A DNA stretch of 64,000 bases from Octopus sinensis (GCF_006345805.1 NC_043001.1:121024001-121088000); one strand, 5' to 3'; positions 25,686-39,139 are shown, counted from the first letter of the stretch. Notes: generated by a model not told the origin, from the sequence alone. Numbers and translations: made by a program.

Positions 25686-26091
25686 TAATCTTTCAGTTTA
25701 AGGTGTTTAAAAAAGTAAATAAAAACGAAGCTTAAATGACGGCATCTTCACTCAGGAGATGATTGTGCTGCAGAACTTTGAGGATGCCAGAAATGAGGAC
25801 GTCCACATGCAAAATGTGCAGAATGTGTGGATGCGAGAGAAAAGAAAATTTGGAACGTCGGACAATTTATTTGTCGGCGATGTTAGGGTTCTAGTAGAAC
25901 CGTAAGTTTGCCGATTTGCCATATTTACACGAATTCATATGGAGGAATTCTATTAAAAAAAAACAAAAAACTTTCGTTCACTTTGGTGGCTTTAGCCCCT
26001 GTCTGTCTATTTACGTTCTTTAACAGGTGACTTATTTATCCCCCACTTTCATTTTTATTTACTTTTTTAAACACCCTAAACCGAAAGATTA
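25686..26091. mobile_element. MITE-like element with 44-bp terminal inverted repeats
   Basis: 25686-25729 matches the reverse complement of 26048-26091 at 41 of 44 positions. Confidence 0.7.
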
Positions 26092-27054
26092 TCACATTCT
26101 ATGATAAAATAAAGAGAAAATGAAACGAGATGGGGAAAACACGAGACGAACGAAATAGCAGGAAGGAAAAGGAAAGAATGTGTAACAAGTGAATTGATTT
26201 TATGCTGTTTAATCCTACAGCGATGAGACATCGAATCAAAAGGCGGCTTTTCCCTTCTAATTAGACGGTCTTTTCTTTTTATTTTTTTTTGCAGACATTA
26301 CATTGTCTCTTAGTTTTCTTTTTTAGGAAGGTTGGGTGTAATTTCAGTATTTAGCTGGTGTTTCGAGCATGTTTAGCGACAACGTTTGACTCCCAAAAGT
26401 TCACTCGAATGTGTTTTAGTATCTTAAAACAATTTCGAGATTAATGAAGCTGAAGAAAGAGATGATAAAGGAAGTAGAAAAGAATGATTTAGAGGGAAAG
26501 AGAAAGACACAGTGAGAGGGAGAGAGGCTAAGAATAACGACTCAAGAAGCAGACAGAAATGGAAAGAGAGGAAGTGGAGGAAAGAAAAAGGAAACGAAAT
26601 GCGGGAAGTCTGACTGGATGTTGATGATAGTGAAAGGAAAATGACGAACATGGGAGAGAATGTTTGTAATAAGAGAGAGAGAAAGGAAAAAGAGATATGG
26701 GAGAAGTAATATATAATAGCTGGATAGAGAGAGAGAGCAAAGGAGGAAGAATGAGAGGCATGACACATCAACAGGCTGGATAAACTCGTTTGATCTTTGT
26801 TATGAGTGTAGTCTGGGCTGTAAATTTTGATCCGTTACTGACAATCAGCTCTCGACTACATTCATTCCTATCGGTTATGAGCTTTCTTTTAACAAGTTAT
26901 GACTTAGATATATTAACAAAATGAATGACGAATAAAAAGAAATGGAGAGAAAAGGAACAGTGAAACACAAATAGAGTGAAAAAGAGAGAAAGAGCAATAC
27001 AAAGAGAGATCTGCGTGAGGAGGGGAATATGTAAATAAAGAGAAACTGAAAGGT

Positions 27055-27230
27055 ATTTAGATGCTTGGCGGCATTTCTTCCGGTTTTACGATCTCAGTTC
27101 AAATGCCGCCGAAGTTGACTTTGCTTTTTATCCTTTCGAGGTTGATAAAATCAGTACCAGTTGAGTACTGAAGTCGAAGTAATCGACTAACCCCAAAATT
27201 TCAGGCCTTTATACCTATGGTAGAAAAGAT
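27055..27230 (+). mobile_element. SINE family B
   Basis: atgcttggcggcatttc...ttcaaatgccgccgaagttgactttgcttttta tcctttcgaggttgataaaatcagtaccagttgagtactg. Confidence 0.85.
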
Positions 27231-27759
27231 TTATTTGGTAGTCCTTTCAATTCTCTTCTGTATGTCTGTGTGTATGTGTGCATGTGTAGAGTTAGATATC
27301 TTTTAGTCAAGAAGAAAAACAGTTCCCACAACCTTTTCCAGGGCCTCCTTCTTAGACTGGTGGGAGGAAGAAGGAGACGGCCCAGGTGGTTGCAAAGAGT
27401 CGACTCCGCTAAAGATACCTAGGGTGCCAAGTGTTGGTTTTAAACACGGACGATCTACCTATCTGTCTATCCATCAACATAAAATATTTAATAAAGTGAG
27501 CCAAATGAGTTTAATTTAAATTCCGCCATTTGAGAAGGGAAATAAGAAAAAATGGATAACCTTAATTTTAGTCCAGAAAGGCATGGCTGTGTGATAAGAA
27601 GTTTGCCTTGCAACCACATAATTCTGAGGGTCAGGCCCACTGCGTGACACCAGCGATGGATTAACCCTTAAACAAAATAAGTACGTGCTTAGGGCTTCAA
27701 GAGAGGAGGGGGCACTACAGAAATGCCAAAAAGAGATCACTTTAAACTTGCTAAAATGA

Positions 27760-28060
27760 TATTTAGGATGCCTTGTCTCTCTACTAAGTATAGAAGCAGA
27801 TGTGTTACATAAGATTAATTTTGAAGATCTAATCAAAGATTTTGCAATTAAAAGAAGTAGGAAAAAATTTTCAAATATGCAAAAAGTGGAAATATTCAAG
27901 CATAAACGTTATTTTCCCTCTTACTGTTAGTTGTGTTTCATTTTGAAAAATGAAAATTCATTTTATGCTTTATCATTGTTTATATTTTGAATTACTTATA
28001 TATGGGGGCACCAAAATCGTTTAAGTCCTTAGGGTTTCTATGGGCCTCAATCCGACTCTG
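27760..28060 (+). mobile_element. hAT transposon 3' end
   Basis: Reads SLLSIEADVLHKINFEDLIKDFAIKRSRKK (hAT C-terminal dimerisation tail), followed by a terminus-like gggcctcaatccgactctg. A second hAT-like 5' end (aggggcccggaacaggtggtgc) follows at about 28068. Confidence 0.75.
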
Positions 28061-28390
28061 CGTGGCACTAGGGGCCCGGAACAGGTGGTGCGTTGCCACC
28101 CACTAAAATTTTTGAAGGGTGTGAAATCAAAATATGCACCCCTACATATTTTGCCTGGTTTAGAAGATAGTGTCTAAAAATTGATGTGCAAAAAGTTGCT
28201 TGAAGTTAGGTTTTTTTCCTCAAAACAAGAACAAAAATAAGTAAATAAAAAGTCCAGAATGTTAGCTGATGAAGCGGGTCATAAAATTCCGAAGAGAATT
28301 CTAGAAAGATATACTACTGAACTAAAGCATCATCAACATCAAAATTATGTGTGTGTATACATATATATATACATACATATATATACACAC

Positions 28391-28462
<72 letters not shown>

Positions 28463-28463
28463 T

Positions 28464-28494
<31 letters not shown>

Positions 28495-28515
28495 TGATAG
28501 ATAGATAGGTAGATT

Positions 28516-28562
<47 letters not shown>

Positions 28563-28563
28563 T

Positions 28564-28596
<33 letters not shown>

Positions 28597-28603
28597 GTAG
28601 ATT

Positions 28604-28654
<51 letters not shown>

Positions 28655-28655
28655 T

Positions 28656-28692
<37 letters not shown>

Positions 28693-28699
28693 GTAGATT

Positions 28700-28738
<39 letters not shown>

Positions 28739-28739
28739 T

Positions 28740-28770
<31 letters not shown>

Positions 28771-28861
28771 TGATAGATAGATAGATAGATAGATAGATTG
28801 ATAGAGATAGATAGATAGATAGATAGATAGAGATAGATTGATAGAAGATAGATAGATAGAT
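28391..28861 (-). repeat. (TAGA)n array of about 470 bp, 3' flank of Tx1 copy 2
   Basis: Direct reading, with recurrent gattga and taggta variants. Confidence 0.97.
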
Positions 28862-28934
28862 ATGTTTCTTTATTAGCCACACAGGGCTGCACACAGATTG
28901 AACAAATTACAAGGTAGAGCTTTTCTTTTGAAGG

Positions 28935-28971
<37 letters not shown>

Positions 28972-29968
28972 AAGGGGGATGGTTCGATCAAACGGGATCG
29001 TAAAAGGAGAGAAAGAGGACAAAAAAAAAAAAAAAAGGGGGGGGAGGGGGAGAGGAAAAAAAAAATGATCAATAGGGATCGTTATCACAGAAATGTCAAT
29101 ATGAAGTGTAAAGGGGAGGACAGGTGAGGTTTACCCGTGGAAAGAAAAGCCTGCGGAAAGACCACGGTAACCTCGGTCAATGAAGTCACATTTTATATTT
29201 CTTTTTTTTTTTTTTTTTTGCAAATAAGACAACTCTCTGTTTTCGATTTCTGGGTCATAGGACTATGCTCAAGGTGGCTTCGTCATTCATACGTGCCATT
29301 CTTGCTACATTCACCCATCTTTTTTTAAAACATTCGCTAGACAAAACTTGCCTCTCTACTATTCACTTTCCTTTTCAAGTGGTACTTGAAGAAGTTGATG
29401 AGAGATTGACCAGAGAGAAAGTGTTTGTCTCCAATCCTTTCAGACGCGTCCACCAGATACATTCTTTCGCCATAGCCCAAGGATGATGAAAATAGCTCTT
29501 CCTTCCCGTTTGAAGGAAGGAGGGTGGGCGTGACAATATTGACGATAGACTCACTGATAAACCGACTCGTCCCACACGTGACAGCAGTTGTTCGACATAA
29601 GCCCACAGGTCGGAAATTGTTGGACACTGAACGAGTGCGTGCAGAACGGTTTCGTCGCTCTGACCGCATCTCGGGCAGGTCGGGCCGTGTGTTTCTCGAG
29701 CCGTGTCTGTAGAGCTTATCCCGAACGGGTAGCGCTTCTCGGTAGCACTGCCAGGCCAGGGATCTCTGGAAGTTGTCCATGGGCCTGGCCCGAAAGTCGT
29801 CCCGAACAGGGGGTCAGGTACTCTCGTCGGGACGTCCAGGTTCGCCCCGACGAGCTCGTCGTTACCTCCCTCCACTAAACCCCTATAGAATGCTTTGGTT
29901 GTGTGAAGTCACTAAGGTCGACCCAGGACGGCAGAGTTGCTTGAGAGCAACGCGACACTCGCGGTGCC
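28862..29968 (-). mobile_element. Tx1/L1-clade element, copy 2 (1.1-kb 3' fragment)
   Basis: Reverse complement matches copy 1 from ggcaccgcgagtgtcgcg (about 22993) to AATAAAGAAACAT, apart from small indels. Confidence 0.95.
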
Positions 29969-30000
<32 letters not shown>

Positions 30001-30077
30001 TGATAGATAGATAGATAGATATATAGATAGATTGATAGATAGATAGATTGATAGATAGATAGATAGATAGATAGATT

Positions 30078-30152
<75 letters not shown>
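29969..30152 (-). repeat. (TAGA)n array shared between Tx1 copies 2 and 3
   Basis: Direct reading; same gattga variants as 28391-28861. Confidence 0.97.
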
Positions 30153-30153
<1 letters not shown>

Positions 30154-30443
30154 TGTTTCTTATTAGCCACACAGGGCTGCACACAGATAGAAACAATTAC
30201 AAGGTAGAGCTTTTCTTTGAAGGTTTAAAAAAAAAAGGAAAAGGGGGAGTTTCGATCAAAAGGGATCGTATAAAAGGAGAGAAAGAGGACAAAAAAAGGG
30301 GGAGAGGAAAAAAAATTGATCAATAGGGATCGTTATCACAGAAATGTCAATATGAAGTGTAAAGGGGAGGACAGGTGAGGTTTACCCGTGGAAAGAAAAG
30401 CCTACGGAAAAGACCCGGTAACCTCGGTCAATGAAGTCACATT

Positions 30444-30474
<31 letters not shown>

Positions 30475-30508
30475 GCAAATAAGCAACTCTCGTTTTCAAT
30501 TTCTGGGT

Positions 30509-33310
30509 TCATAGGATTATGCTCAAGGTGGCTTCGTCATTCATACGTGCCATTCTTGCTACATTCACCCATCTTTTTTTAAAACATTCGCTAGACAAAA
30601 CTTGCCTCTCTACTCTCACTTTCCTTTTCAAGTGGTACTTGAAGAAGTTGATGAGAGATTGACCAGAGAGGAAAGTGTTTGTCTCCAATCTTTCAGACGC
30701 GTCCACCAGATACATTCTTTCGCCATAGCCACAAGGAGGATGAAAATAGCTCTTCCTTCCGTTTGAAGGAAGGAGGCGTGACAATATTGACGATAGACTC
30801 AGCTGATAAACCGACTCGTCCCACAAGTGACAGCAGGTGTTCGACATAAGCCCACAGGTCGGAAATTGTTGGACACTGAACGAGTGCGTGCAGAACGGTT
30901 TCGTCGCTCTGACCGCATCTCGGGCAGGTCGGCCCCGTGTTTCTCGAGCCGTGTCTGTAGAGCTTATCCCGAACGGGTAGCGCTTCTCGGTAGCACTGCC
31001 AGGCCAGGGATCTCTGGAAGTTGTCCATGGGCCCTGGCCCGAAAGTCGTCCTGAACAGGCGGGTCAGGTACTCCTCGTCGACGTCCAGGTTCGCCCCGAG
31101 CTCGTCGTCGTACCTCCCCTCCACTAAACCCCTATAGAATGCTTTGGTTGTGTTGAAGTCACTTTTCCCGGTTAATTTTTGCTCCCGTTACCGCTTCGTA
31201 TTCTTTCAGTGTCTCGCCGACCAGCTCGATGTGCTCGTAGCTCGACACTATGACGGTGACGTCATCCGCGTATGCAGACACGCTCCTCCCGCATCCCAGC
31301 TCTCGTGGGATGCCCTCAGCGTCGCCAGTTTCCGCAGTAGTGGCTCAAGAGTCAGTACCTACAGCAGCGATGAGAGGGGGCATCCCTGACGAACCGAACG
31401 CATGATGTTAAAAGTCTGGATAGATGACCATTTACGCGAACTACTGAGCGGATGCCGCTGTATAAGCAGCGATCCAACCGCGGAAAACTGGACCGAAACC
31501 AGCCGCTTTGAGGACAGCCTCAAGTAGTGATGGTCTACCCTATCGAAGGCTTTTGATTGATCCAAATTGATCAGCGCCCCACCCATGCCAGGATTTTTAA
31601 CTACCCTGTCTATGATGTAGCGCATCAGATGGAGGTTGTCATGAATACTTCTACCCGGCACGGCGCATGTTTGCGCCTTGTCGATTAGTTTCTTGATGAC
31701 AAGCGCCAACCTCTCGGCTAACACCTTGGCCAAAATTTTCAATCTGCGTTGAGCAGAGTGATGGGCCTGAAATTATCTATGACGTCCCCCTTGTTTGGGT
31801 CTTTCTTGATCAGTGCCACTGCTCCTCGATTTACAAAAGCAGGAATACTCCGTTCTGCTGCCAGTTGCAGGAGACAGCTGCCAAGACGCCTCCAAAACAG
31901 GTCTGGCATATGAAATAAATTCGTAGGGCAGACCATCCAAGCCTGGTGACTGTCTCTCGCGCAGCCTACCATCGCATCCTGTACGTCCGCAGCTGTGATA
32001 GGCTTTTCACAAGACTCTACCTCCCTTGCTGAGAGTCGTGGCAAGGCATGCAGGTAGGCACTAAAGTCCACTCTGCTTTCTGACTCACCACTTGTCCCAA
32101 ACAGTTGGGTGAAGTGTTGTTGAAAAACCCCACACCATCCTTTAGGCTCGAGCAATTCGCGCCCCTGTTCATCTATAAGAGACTTGATGGTGGCTCTGTT
32201 GCCTCGTTGCGTCTCCACCACTCGGGCCTCTTGGGCGGCTCCAACTCCTTCGTTCCTCAGAGCACGCATCCTAGCTTGACAAACGCATCCCTCGTGTTGG
32301 CGTTGAGGTGTTGGTCGAGGGCCAATCTCGCCGCCAGTACGTTGGACGCGATGCCAGTTCTAAGTGCCTTCTTTCTAAACCTTAACTAAATCTCCCTCTA
32401 TTCTATTTCGGTCTAATGCTAGGGCTCTACTGTATCTGACTGATTCTGCTTTAATCGCTTTTTTAGGGCATACCACCATCTGTTGTTGATGATGGTACCC
32501 GTCAAAGCTCTCTTAACTAATGTGCTGATCCGGTCCCTGTAAACCTGTCGTGCTGTAAAAGACGCGTTCAGTTTCCAGTAACCAGGACCCTGCCTATGTG
32601 TCTTACTAAGTCAAGTGTACAAGTCACAAACTTGTGATCTGTGTAACTGACTATATGAAATTGTGGACAACCTACACTATTTTTATCTATTGTCCTACAG
32701 AATACTCTAAGTATGATCTGGACGACCCGATGCGGTTTACTCCATGTCCACATTGGCACATTCGGGTGGTCCAGTCGGTACCTGTCAGACAGTTGGAAAC
32801 GTCTGAGCAGGTCTTTGAGGCATTTGCATCCCCTTCTATTGCTATCTCTGCCCACGTAGTCTAGATGCGTGTCCAGGGTGGCATTCAATTCCCCACTAAA
32901 GTAAAGGACGAGACGTTCCCATGAAAGACTCTAGACGTCGAAAGAAATTGGTCGGCCTGTAAGGACGGAGCATAAACTGCTATCAGTCGAAAAGCACACT
33001 CATTGCGCCATCGGCATCTAAAACGACCAGCCTACCCTCCGGGTCTAGGAAATTTGCTCTTACTTTGAGATCCAGACTCTTCCGGATAAGCACCGCGGGT
33101 GCCACCTCCGCCCATTCTCGGTAGAAACGGAGAAAAATAAATGTTGAAATATGTGTACCGAAAATGTGCTGGAGTGCCCGCAAGCTGTGGAGTCTGGTCT
33201 CACTGATGGCTATGATATTCAGATTTAGTGACTTGATGTCATTTAACAGGTTAGCCTTGTTTCCAAGGCGACCCCAAGCCACGTACATTTATACTACCTA
33301 TTCTGAGCAT
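30509..33310 (-). pseudogene. Tx1 ORF2 (APE endonuclease, RT, C-terminal domain) with deletion and frameshifts
   Basis: MLRIGSINVRGL..IIAISETRL, GDWNATLD, SYTDHKFV (APE); NFRPITLLNAD, LDQSKAFDRVDH, VRQGCPLS, AYADDV (RT); stop at 30509. Confidence 0.9.
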
Positions 33311-33352
33311 GTTCCGATAAAAGTGCAAAAAAGGAAAAGGAGAGAGAAAAGG

Positions 33353-35539
33353 TTACTTGTTTTTCGAAAGTTCTTTGTCTTTCACCTCACGGTCTTCTTC
33401 TATGAGGCTTTTATACAGTTTGTTTTTCGATGAGTACTTTTGAAATCTCCCTACTGCATCAGGGTAAGAGATTCAGGGTGCTGTATGTGTTCTGTGTCAC
33501 GTGTATTATTTTAATGTGTTGTGGTGGTGTTGTGTGTGGGTGGTTACTTGTTTTTATGTCGTTTTCAGTAATGTTAGTGTTTGACCTAATGTGTTCCATT
33601 AGGTCGTGGTTGTTTGTGTTTATGGCTGTCAACATTTTGGGGGGTTTGATGATGGTGTTTTGTGTTGATGTGTGTGTTTTCTGTGGATGTTTTGTTTCGG
33701 GAGTGGTGTATCTTCCCGCTTTGTTTGATTATTTTTCTTTTCTTTTTTTTCCCTTTTTCTTCTCCCCCCTGTGGCTATTTGCCAATCTTCCGTGTCTTCT
33801 TCGTCTAAGACAGATCAGACGAATCGGAGTCTGGAAGAGGGAAAGTATTGGGGTCTATTGTCGACTGTGTTGGTTTTGTTGTGGTGTTGGTTGGTGAGCG
33901 TTTGGTGTGGTGTATGCGGTTTGGATGTGGGGTTTGGGTATTTTGTGTTTGAGTGATTGTGGGTATTGTTGTGTTGTTTAGGGTCTCAATTTTGTGGGGA
34001 TTTGGAGTTGTAATTGGTTTCTTCATTTTTGCTGGGGTCTTTTTGGCAGATGTCCTTGGTTTGGGAGTTGGTATTCTTGGTTGTTGTTGTTGGTGATGCT
34101 GCTTCTGTTCTTGGTGCTGCAGTTGGGGTGGTGTGTTTGTTTGGTGAGGTTTGTTCCTGCAAAAAGTGGGGTGGGTAGTAAACCTTGTTTATTGTTTTTG
34201 TTTCGGCTGCCGGCTGCTGTTGTTGTTGCTGTTGTTTCTTGCGGCAGATTTGCAGTCTTTTTTTAGGTGTTGCTCACTGCCGCATATGTAGCAACGTGGT
34301 CTTCTGCCATCGACGACCACATATAACTTGTGGTCGTCTGATACACATATCTGGGTGGGTATTTTTTTTATATCTTCATGATGATATATGTAGAAGAAAT
34401 TCTACTTTTTTCCCACCCAGTTTTTATGCTCTGTGACTGTGGGTTTCCAAATAGTATAATTCGCCATTTTTACGCATAAGGCCTTACAAGCCATAGACTA
34501 TTGGCTATTTTGGGGACATTGTTTAGAGTGATCTTAGTCACTTTCTGTCCCCGATAGCTTGGTGTAAGTTGGAGTTCATCTGAGTGAAGAGTTAGCGTTG
34601 AGAAATGTCTAGCTAACTCTTCGGTTGTAGAAAACCAACTTGTATGTGGGCAAATTTGTTCCACCAGGTTACATATTCTTTGTGATCCCAGATGGGTTTC
34701 AAGCACTTCTCTATTTTGCTTGTGTTGGCCTTCTCTGGGATTTTTGTTTTTTTGTTAATATTTTATAAATGATTGTTCGTCTTTTTTCATTTTCCAAAAT
34801 GTCTTCTGGTATGTTTATTTTTACTATACCTTCTGATTCTGTTATTTTGATGTTCGTGTCCTGTATTTGTTGAGCCGTAAAGTATATTGTTGTTTTTTTT
34901 TCTTAATCGCCTCAGCGAAATTTGTTGTGTTTTGTTATTGTTGTTGCTTGTGGTGATGTGGTTGTTGGCTGCAGTTTGTAAAATTGGTGTTGTTTGGTTC
35001 GATTGTGCAGAGTAGGAAGGGGTGGAAAATTGCCTGCGTACTAGTCCTGCACTAGGGCAAATTTCGACATTTCGTTTGCTTGTCGTCGTTATTTTTTCAC
35101 TTGTTGTTGGTGATGGAGTGAGCAGTGTTGGTTGAAGGGAATTGTTGTTGGTCGTCGTGGTGTTGTTTTGTTGTTGTTGTTGTTGTTGTGTTATTGTCGT
35201 TCTTGGGGTGACGGCGGTGGTGTTAGTAGTATTAGTAGCATTGACCGCACGGTCTTTGGTGGCGGTGGTGGTGATGGTTGTATGTTGTATTGTTATTGGT
35301 GGCGATATCTTTAGTAGGGGGATAGCAGTTTTTAGTAGTAGATTCTGCCATGGTGTTGGTGGTGGTGGTGGACTCACTGATGGTGTTGACGGTGCTTGGC
35401 CTTGCGACCTTGGTTTGTATTTGTTGCTTTTGATGGTGGTGGAGTTGTCAGGTTCGGCGTATGCTAACAGAGCATCCTGTTTTTCTGTTTTCTGCGTCAC
35501 GCTTGACTTGCACTCAGCCTCGTGGTGGCCAGTGGCCAT
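33353..35539 (-). pseudogene. Tx1 ORF1 (Thr/Asn/Pro-rich, CCHC zinc knuckle), frameshifted in this assembly
   Basis: Starts MATGHHEAE (35539); VVDGRRPRCYICGSEQHLKKDCK at about 34320-34250; probable end ..EEDREVKDKELSKNK* at 33353. Confidence 0.75.
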
Positions 35540-35762
35540 TTTGGAAATAAAATGGCTAAGTTGAAACCACGAAGGCTATGAGAATTTTTTCTTTTAAATT
35601 TTGCCCACAAGGGGCAAAATTTTGTGTCGATATTTATCAAAGGTTTACAGTGGATGTTGTTGCACAACTTTTAAGCACAAAATGTTTGTCAATATACACT
35701 TTTGAAACGTACAAAAATACCAAACTTACGTGGAGCCCATTTGACTGCGTCCGTCGTCTGTC

Positions 35763-35840
<78 letters not shown>

Positions 35841-35872
35841 TTGATAGATAGGTGGTAGGGTAGGTAGGTAGG

Positions 35873-35961
<89 letters not shown>

Positions 35962-35978
35962 CAGACAGATAGATAGAT

Positions 35979-36033
<55 letters not shown>

Positions 36034-36061
36034 GGATGGATGGATGGATGGACGGACGGAC
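35763..36061 (-). repeat. (TAGA)n array grading into (GATG)/(GACG), 5' flank of Tx1 copy 3
   Basis: Direct reading. Confidence 0.95.
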
Positions 36062-36469
36062 AGCAGCAGCAGCAGTAATAACATGACCAGCAGCCACGGC
36101 CAGTCCTCAAAACTAGCACAATTGATGAAAGACCATTCACTGTCCAGCTATCTACTCTTTTCCTTTTCTCTGAATACTACAATTGACACATCATCATCAT
36201 CATCATCATTACCATGCTACTACCATAACCACCACTACTACTCTAATTAGTGAGGAATCACGCCTTTCTTTCCACCACTGTCCACCTCAATCTGAACGTA
36301 TACCTCACAGCTCCACGATGAATCTGTCAACTGTAAATAAAGCACTCTGAACGCATGAAACCCCCAAAATATGCATCCGCAGTAACTGTAGCGTCACTCA
36401 TTTACCTGCGACAAGACGTACAGTTTGTACAAGCAACACCAACTAACGCTAAAGTAAGATACATCCGAC

Positions 36470-37905
36470 GTCCCACCACCACCACACCACCACCCACCAC
36501 CACCACCCAAAAGCACCACCACCCCCAACACGGCAACCACCACCACACAACCCACCACACCACCACCACCACCAGAACCACCACCACCACCACAACCACC
36601 ACAACCACCACCACACCACCACCCACCACACCACCAACCACCACCACTAACCAACCACCACCACCACCACAACCACCACCACCACCACAACAACCACCAC
36701 CACCCACCACCACCACAACCACCACCACCACCACCACACCACTAACCACCACAACACCACCACCACCAACCACCACCACAACCACCACCACACCACACCA
36801 CCAACCACCACCACCCACCACCAACACACCACCACCACCACAACCAACCACCACCACCACCACCACCACCACCACACATACCACCCACCACCACCACCAC
36901 CACCACCAACCACCACCACCACAACCACCACCACCCGCACCACCACCCAACTCCCACCCACCACCACCACCACCACCACTACCACCACAACCACCACCAC
37001 CACCACTACCACGCCCACCACCACCACCACCCCACAACTACCACACACCACCACCACCACCACCACTACCACCACCACCACCACACCCACAACCACCACC
37101 CACCACCACCACACAACAACCACCACCACCACCACACACCACCACACCACCCACAACCACCACCACCACCACCACACCACCACACCACCACCACCACCAC
37201 ACCACCACAACTACCACCACCAACCACCACCACCACTACCACCACCACCACACCACCACCACCACACCACCACCACCACACCACCACACCACCACCACAA
37301 CTACCACCACAACCACCACCACCACCACCACCACCACAACCACCACCACCACCACCACCACCACCACACCACCAACACCACCACCACCACCACCAAACCA
37401 CCACAATGTACCACACACACCAACCCCACCACCACTACCACCACCACAACACCACCACCACCACCACCACAACCACCACCAACGAACCACAACCACCACC
37501 ACCAGAACACCACCACCACCCACCACCACCACCACCACAACCACCACCACCACCACCACCATCATCACTACAACCACCACCACCATCATCATCATCACTA
37601 CAACCACCACCACCACCACCACCACCACCACCACCACCACCACCCCACCACAACAACCACCACCACCACCACCACCAGAACCACCACCACCACCACCACC
37701 ACCACCACCACAACCACCACCACCACCACCACCACAACCACCACCACCACCACCACCACCACCACCACCACCACAACCACCACCACCACCACCACCATCA
37801 TCACTACAACCACCACCACCATCATCATCATCACTACAACCACCACCACCACCACCACCACCACCCACCGCATCACACCACCACCACCACCACCACCACC
37901 ACCAT
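36470..37905. repeat. Degenerate (ACC)n trinucleotide tract of about 1.4 kb
   Basis: Direct reading; it is the source of the spurious poly-T/P/H and poly-V/G/W ORFs. Confidence 0.97.
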
Positions 37906-38669
37906 AGTCATGGCGCGAATACTCTCCCTTTCTTATTGTTGAAGAGAAACAGGACTACTTGCCTCCACAATAAGATTTTAGCAAGAAAAGCTGTACATTG
38001 CCGTACGTTTAGCAAGACTGAGAAAACTGGAATTGGATCAAGTAAATACTCAGCTCTGAGTGAAAATCCCATGACTAAGGCTAAAGTGAATGCTTTGCTT
38101 TTTATATGACAATACAACTCCATAGAATGAAGCAGAATTTTCACACTCGTAATTGCTGAATATGTGAAGATTATGAGAAAGCAAAGGATCAGGACGTGTC
38201 TAGGCTTGGATTACTCGAAATACATTTTTTATTAAATTTATATCCTATTGCTTTTGTATTGTGCTTTCTGATATTGTGTAACCCATGATTCCGAGGCTTT
38301 TACGCAAAATATTGATATTCTAAACTATGAGCATTGCGATCTAATCTCAGAATATTGTGATTTTTACATTTGCTACAAGTATTTGATATCTGCGCCTATT
38401 TTTCATTAACTTATGTATCTGTCACCTGATACTGCTCGTATAATACTCTTTACGTTTCTGAGCTCAAATCCTGCCGTGTTCAGCTTTGTATTTCATCCTT
38501 CCAGGGTCCAAAGCATGTAGCACTTGTCAAGTACCGAGGTCTTTCGCCCGCATTTCAGGGCTCGTGGCTGTATTAGAAATAATTATCAGACTGTATTGAA
38601 GAAGGGCAATGGATTGGCAGAATCGTTGAGACATCGGACAAAATACTTTCTACTTTTTCTTTTTCTTTT

Positions 38670-38872
38670 TTCTTTTTATTTGTTTCAGTCATCTGACTGC
38701 GGCCATGCTGGAACACCACCTTTAGTCGAGCAAATCGACCCCAGGACTTATTCTTTTGTAAACCTAGTACTTATTCTATCGGTCTCTTTTGCTGAACCGC
38801 TAAGTGACGGGGACGTAAACACACCACCATCGGTTGTCAAGCGATGTTGGGGCCGACACAAACACACACACA

Positions 38873-38927
<55 letters not shown>

Positions 38928-39139
38928 AGGGATATTAGCCAACCGAATATGGCTAGGGACAGGGCAGGGTGGTGATATATATACGACGGGCTTCTTTCAG
39001 TTTCCGTCTACCAAATCTACTCACAAGGTATTGGTCGGCTCGAGGCTATAGTAGAATATGCCCTAGGTGCCATGCAGTGGGATTAAAACCAGAACCATGT
39101 GGTTGGTAAGCAAGCTACTTACCACATAGCCACTCCTGC
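38670..39139 (-). mobile_element. SINE family A, full length, apparently nested in a SINE B copy (38600-39250)
   Basis: 3' tail at 38670, (TA)n linker 38877-38922, head ending gccactcctgc at 39139. A SINE B head lies at 38600-38648 and its body resumes at 39140. Confidence 0.85.

Larger units (their letters stand above)
30153..35762 (-). mobile_element. Tx1/L1-clade element, copy 3: 5' UTR, ORF1, ORF2 and 3' UTR, with a 620-bp internal deletion
   Basis: 5' end gacagacgacggacgcag abuts (TCTA)n. ORF1 has a CCHC knuckle, ORF2 has APE and RT, and the 3' end matches copies 1 and 2. Confidence 0.95.

Noticed and set aside
36355-38109. 584-aa Pro/Thr/His-rich ORF resembling an extensin or mucin
   Set aside because: It is the translation of an (ACC)n tract that lacks stops in all frames; there is no domain and no splice support.
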